A DNA stretch of 64,000 nucleotides from Victivallaceae bacterium. GTDB lineage: Bacteria; Verrucomicrobiota; Lentisphaeria; Victivallales; Victivallaceae. Below are positions 63,372 through 64,000 of the stretch, one piece after another (the stretch's first letter is position 1; the number at the start of each line of letters is the position of its first letter). The translations under genes were made by a program, and so were the position numbers. The stretch is from the NCBI GenBank assembly GCA_045588835.1, contig JAZNEV010000075.1, positions 7,979 through 71,978 on the forward strand, given 5' to 3'. Under the pieces are notes generated by a model, which had not been told where the DNA came from, made no database searches, and worked only from the letters and a program-made list of their open reading frames with translations.

Positions 63372-64000
63372 ATGAGTAATATTTTTTCAATATGCGATTT
63401 GCGGGTGGATGGCTTGATCCCGGGGGCGGTCTTCTGTGCTTCCCGCCGCCCGTCTTTCAGTTGGCAGATGCAAAGTACGGTTGCCGGAGTGATGCAGTGC
63501 AGTTACCAACTTACGGCATGGGATGAATCCGGAAAAATTTTGTGGGATTCCGGAGAAGTTGTTTCCGCGGAGTCATGCGGCATACGCTGGGGCGGTGATG
63601 AATTGAGTTCCCGTTGTGTGGTGTATTGGCAGGTGATGGTCAAGGATGGTCGCGGAAACTGCGTGACATCGGAAAAACAACAGTTTGAAACACCGCTTTT
63701 TGACAACCGTGACTGGGATGCACAGTGGATATGGTTTGATGGGAACAATCCGAGTATTCCGTCTCCTCTGCCATATTTCAGAAAAGAATTCAATACCGGC
63801 CAAGTCCGTAAAGCCCGCCTTTATGCCGCATGCCGGGGAATTTTTGAGTTGCATATCAATGGTGGAATTGTCAGTGATGACCGGATGGTTCCGGGGTGGA
63901 CGGATTTCAAAAAACGCATTCAATATCTTTCTTATGATGTTACTGATTTGCTGGTAAATGGCGGCAATGTGCTTGGTGCTGTCGTCGGTGATGGCTGGTA
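63372..64000 (+). CDS. GH78 alpha-L-rhamnosidase, N-terminal part (3' end outside window)
   Basis: My own translation from ATG 63372 gives LRVDGL...PSFSWQM...YQLTAWDESGKILWDSGEV...ETPLF...WDAQWIW...PYFRKEF...ARLYAACRGIFELHINGG...PGWTDFKKRIQYLSYDVTDLL. This is the classic Bac_rhamnosid_N pattern, open to the window end. Confidence 0.9.
   Translation, partial: MSNIFSICDLRVDGLIPGAVFCASRRPSFSWQMQSTVAGVMQCSYQLTAWDESGKILWDSGEVVSAESCGIRWGGDELSSRCVVYWQVMVKDGRGNCVTSEKQQFETPLFDNRDWDAQWIWFDGNNPSIPSPLPYFRKEFNTGQVRKARLYAACRGIFELHINGGIVSDDRMVPGWTDFKKRIQYLSYDVTDLLVNGGNVLGAVVGDGW

Overview
Gene-dense bacterial chromosomal segment of moderate GC. No rRNA, tRNA or CRISPR array was recognised by eye. It most likely comes from a PVC-superphylum genome (Lentisphaerota/Victivallales-like or Verrucomicrobiota-like). 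This is an inference from two prepilin-like H-X9-DG genes, a zinc-ribbon Ser/Thr kinase and a scattered cell-wall gene (mraY alone). The core (about 10-57 kb) is housekeeping: queA, miaB, proB, tsaC, tcdA, ruvC, gatCA, PPi-PFK, proC, uppP, mraY, rfbD, topA, miaA, lpxC, a tandem-hotdog fabZ, argH and rpsB-tsf. Both ends carry glycan-utilisation islands. At 0-10 kb, LacI- and AraC-type regulators each sit next to a pseudopilin-like gene and large secreted glycosidase-like proteins. At 59-64 kb lies a rhamnose-type cluster ending in a GH78 rhamnosidase that runs off the window. The junction between rpsB-tsf and the right-hand island holds a frameshifted IS110-family transposase, a visibly AT-rich ORF-free tract with one strong hairpin, and a decayed duplicate of the 5' end of the downstream aldolase gene. 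Other unusual items are: a collapsed MmeI-type R-M gene; a zinc-ribbon polyacidic protein; a GGQ release-factor-like domain fused to a Fis-type HTH; a cysteine-free triple repeat at the TopA C-terminus; an XRE/ankyrin insert between uppP and mraY; and a recurring AACTTGAAAAA promoter-type motif. I found no canonical defence or secretion system. The best candidates for undescribed biology are the regulator/pseudopilin/glycosidase cassettes and the lpxC-linked single-chain asymmetric FabZ. All family calls rest on motif recognition by eye and need HMM or structure searches.
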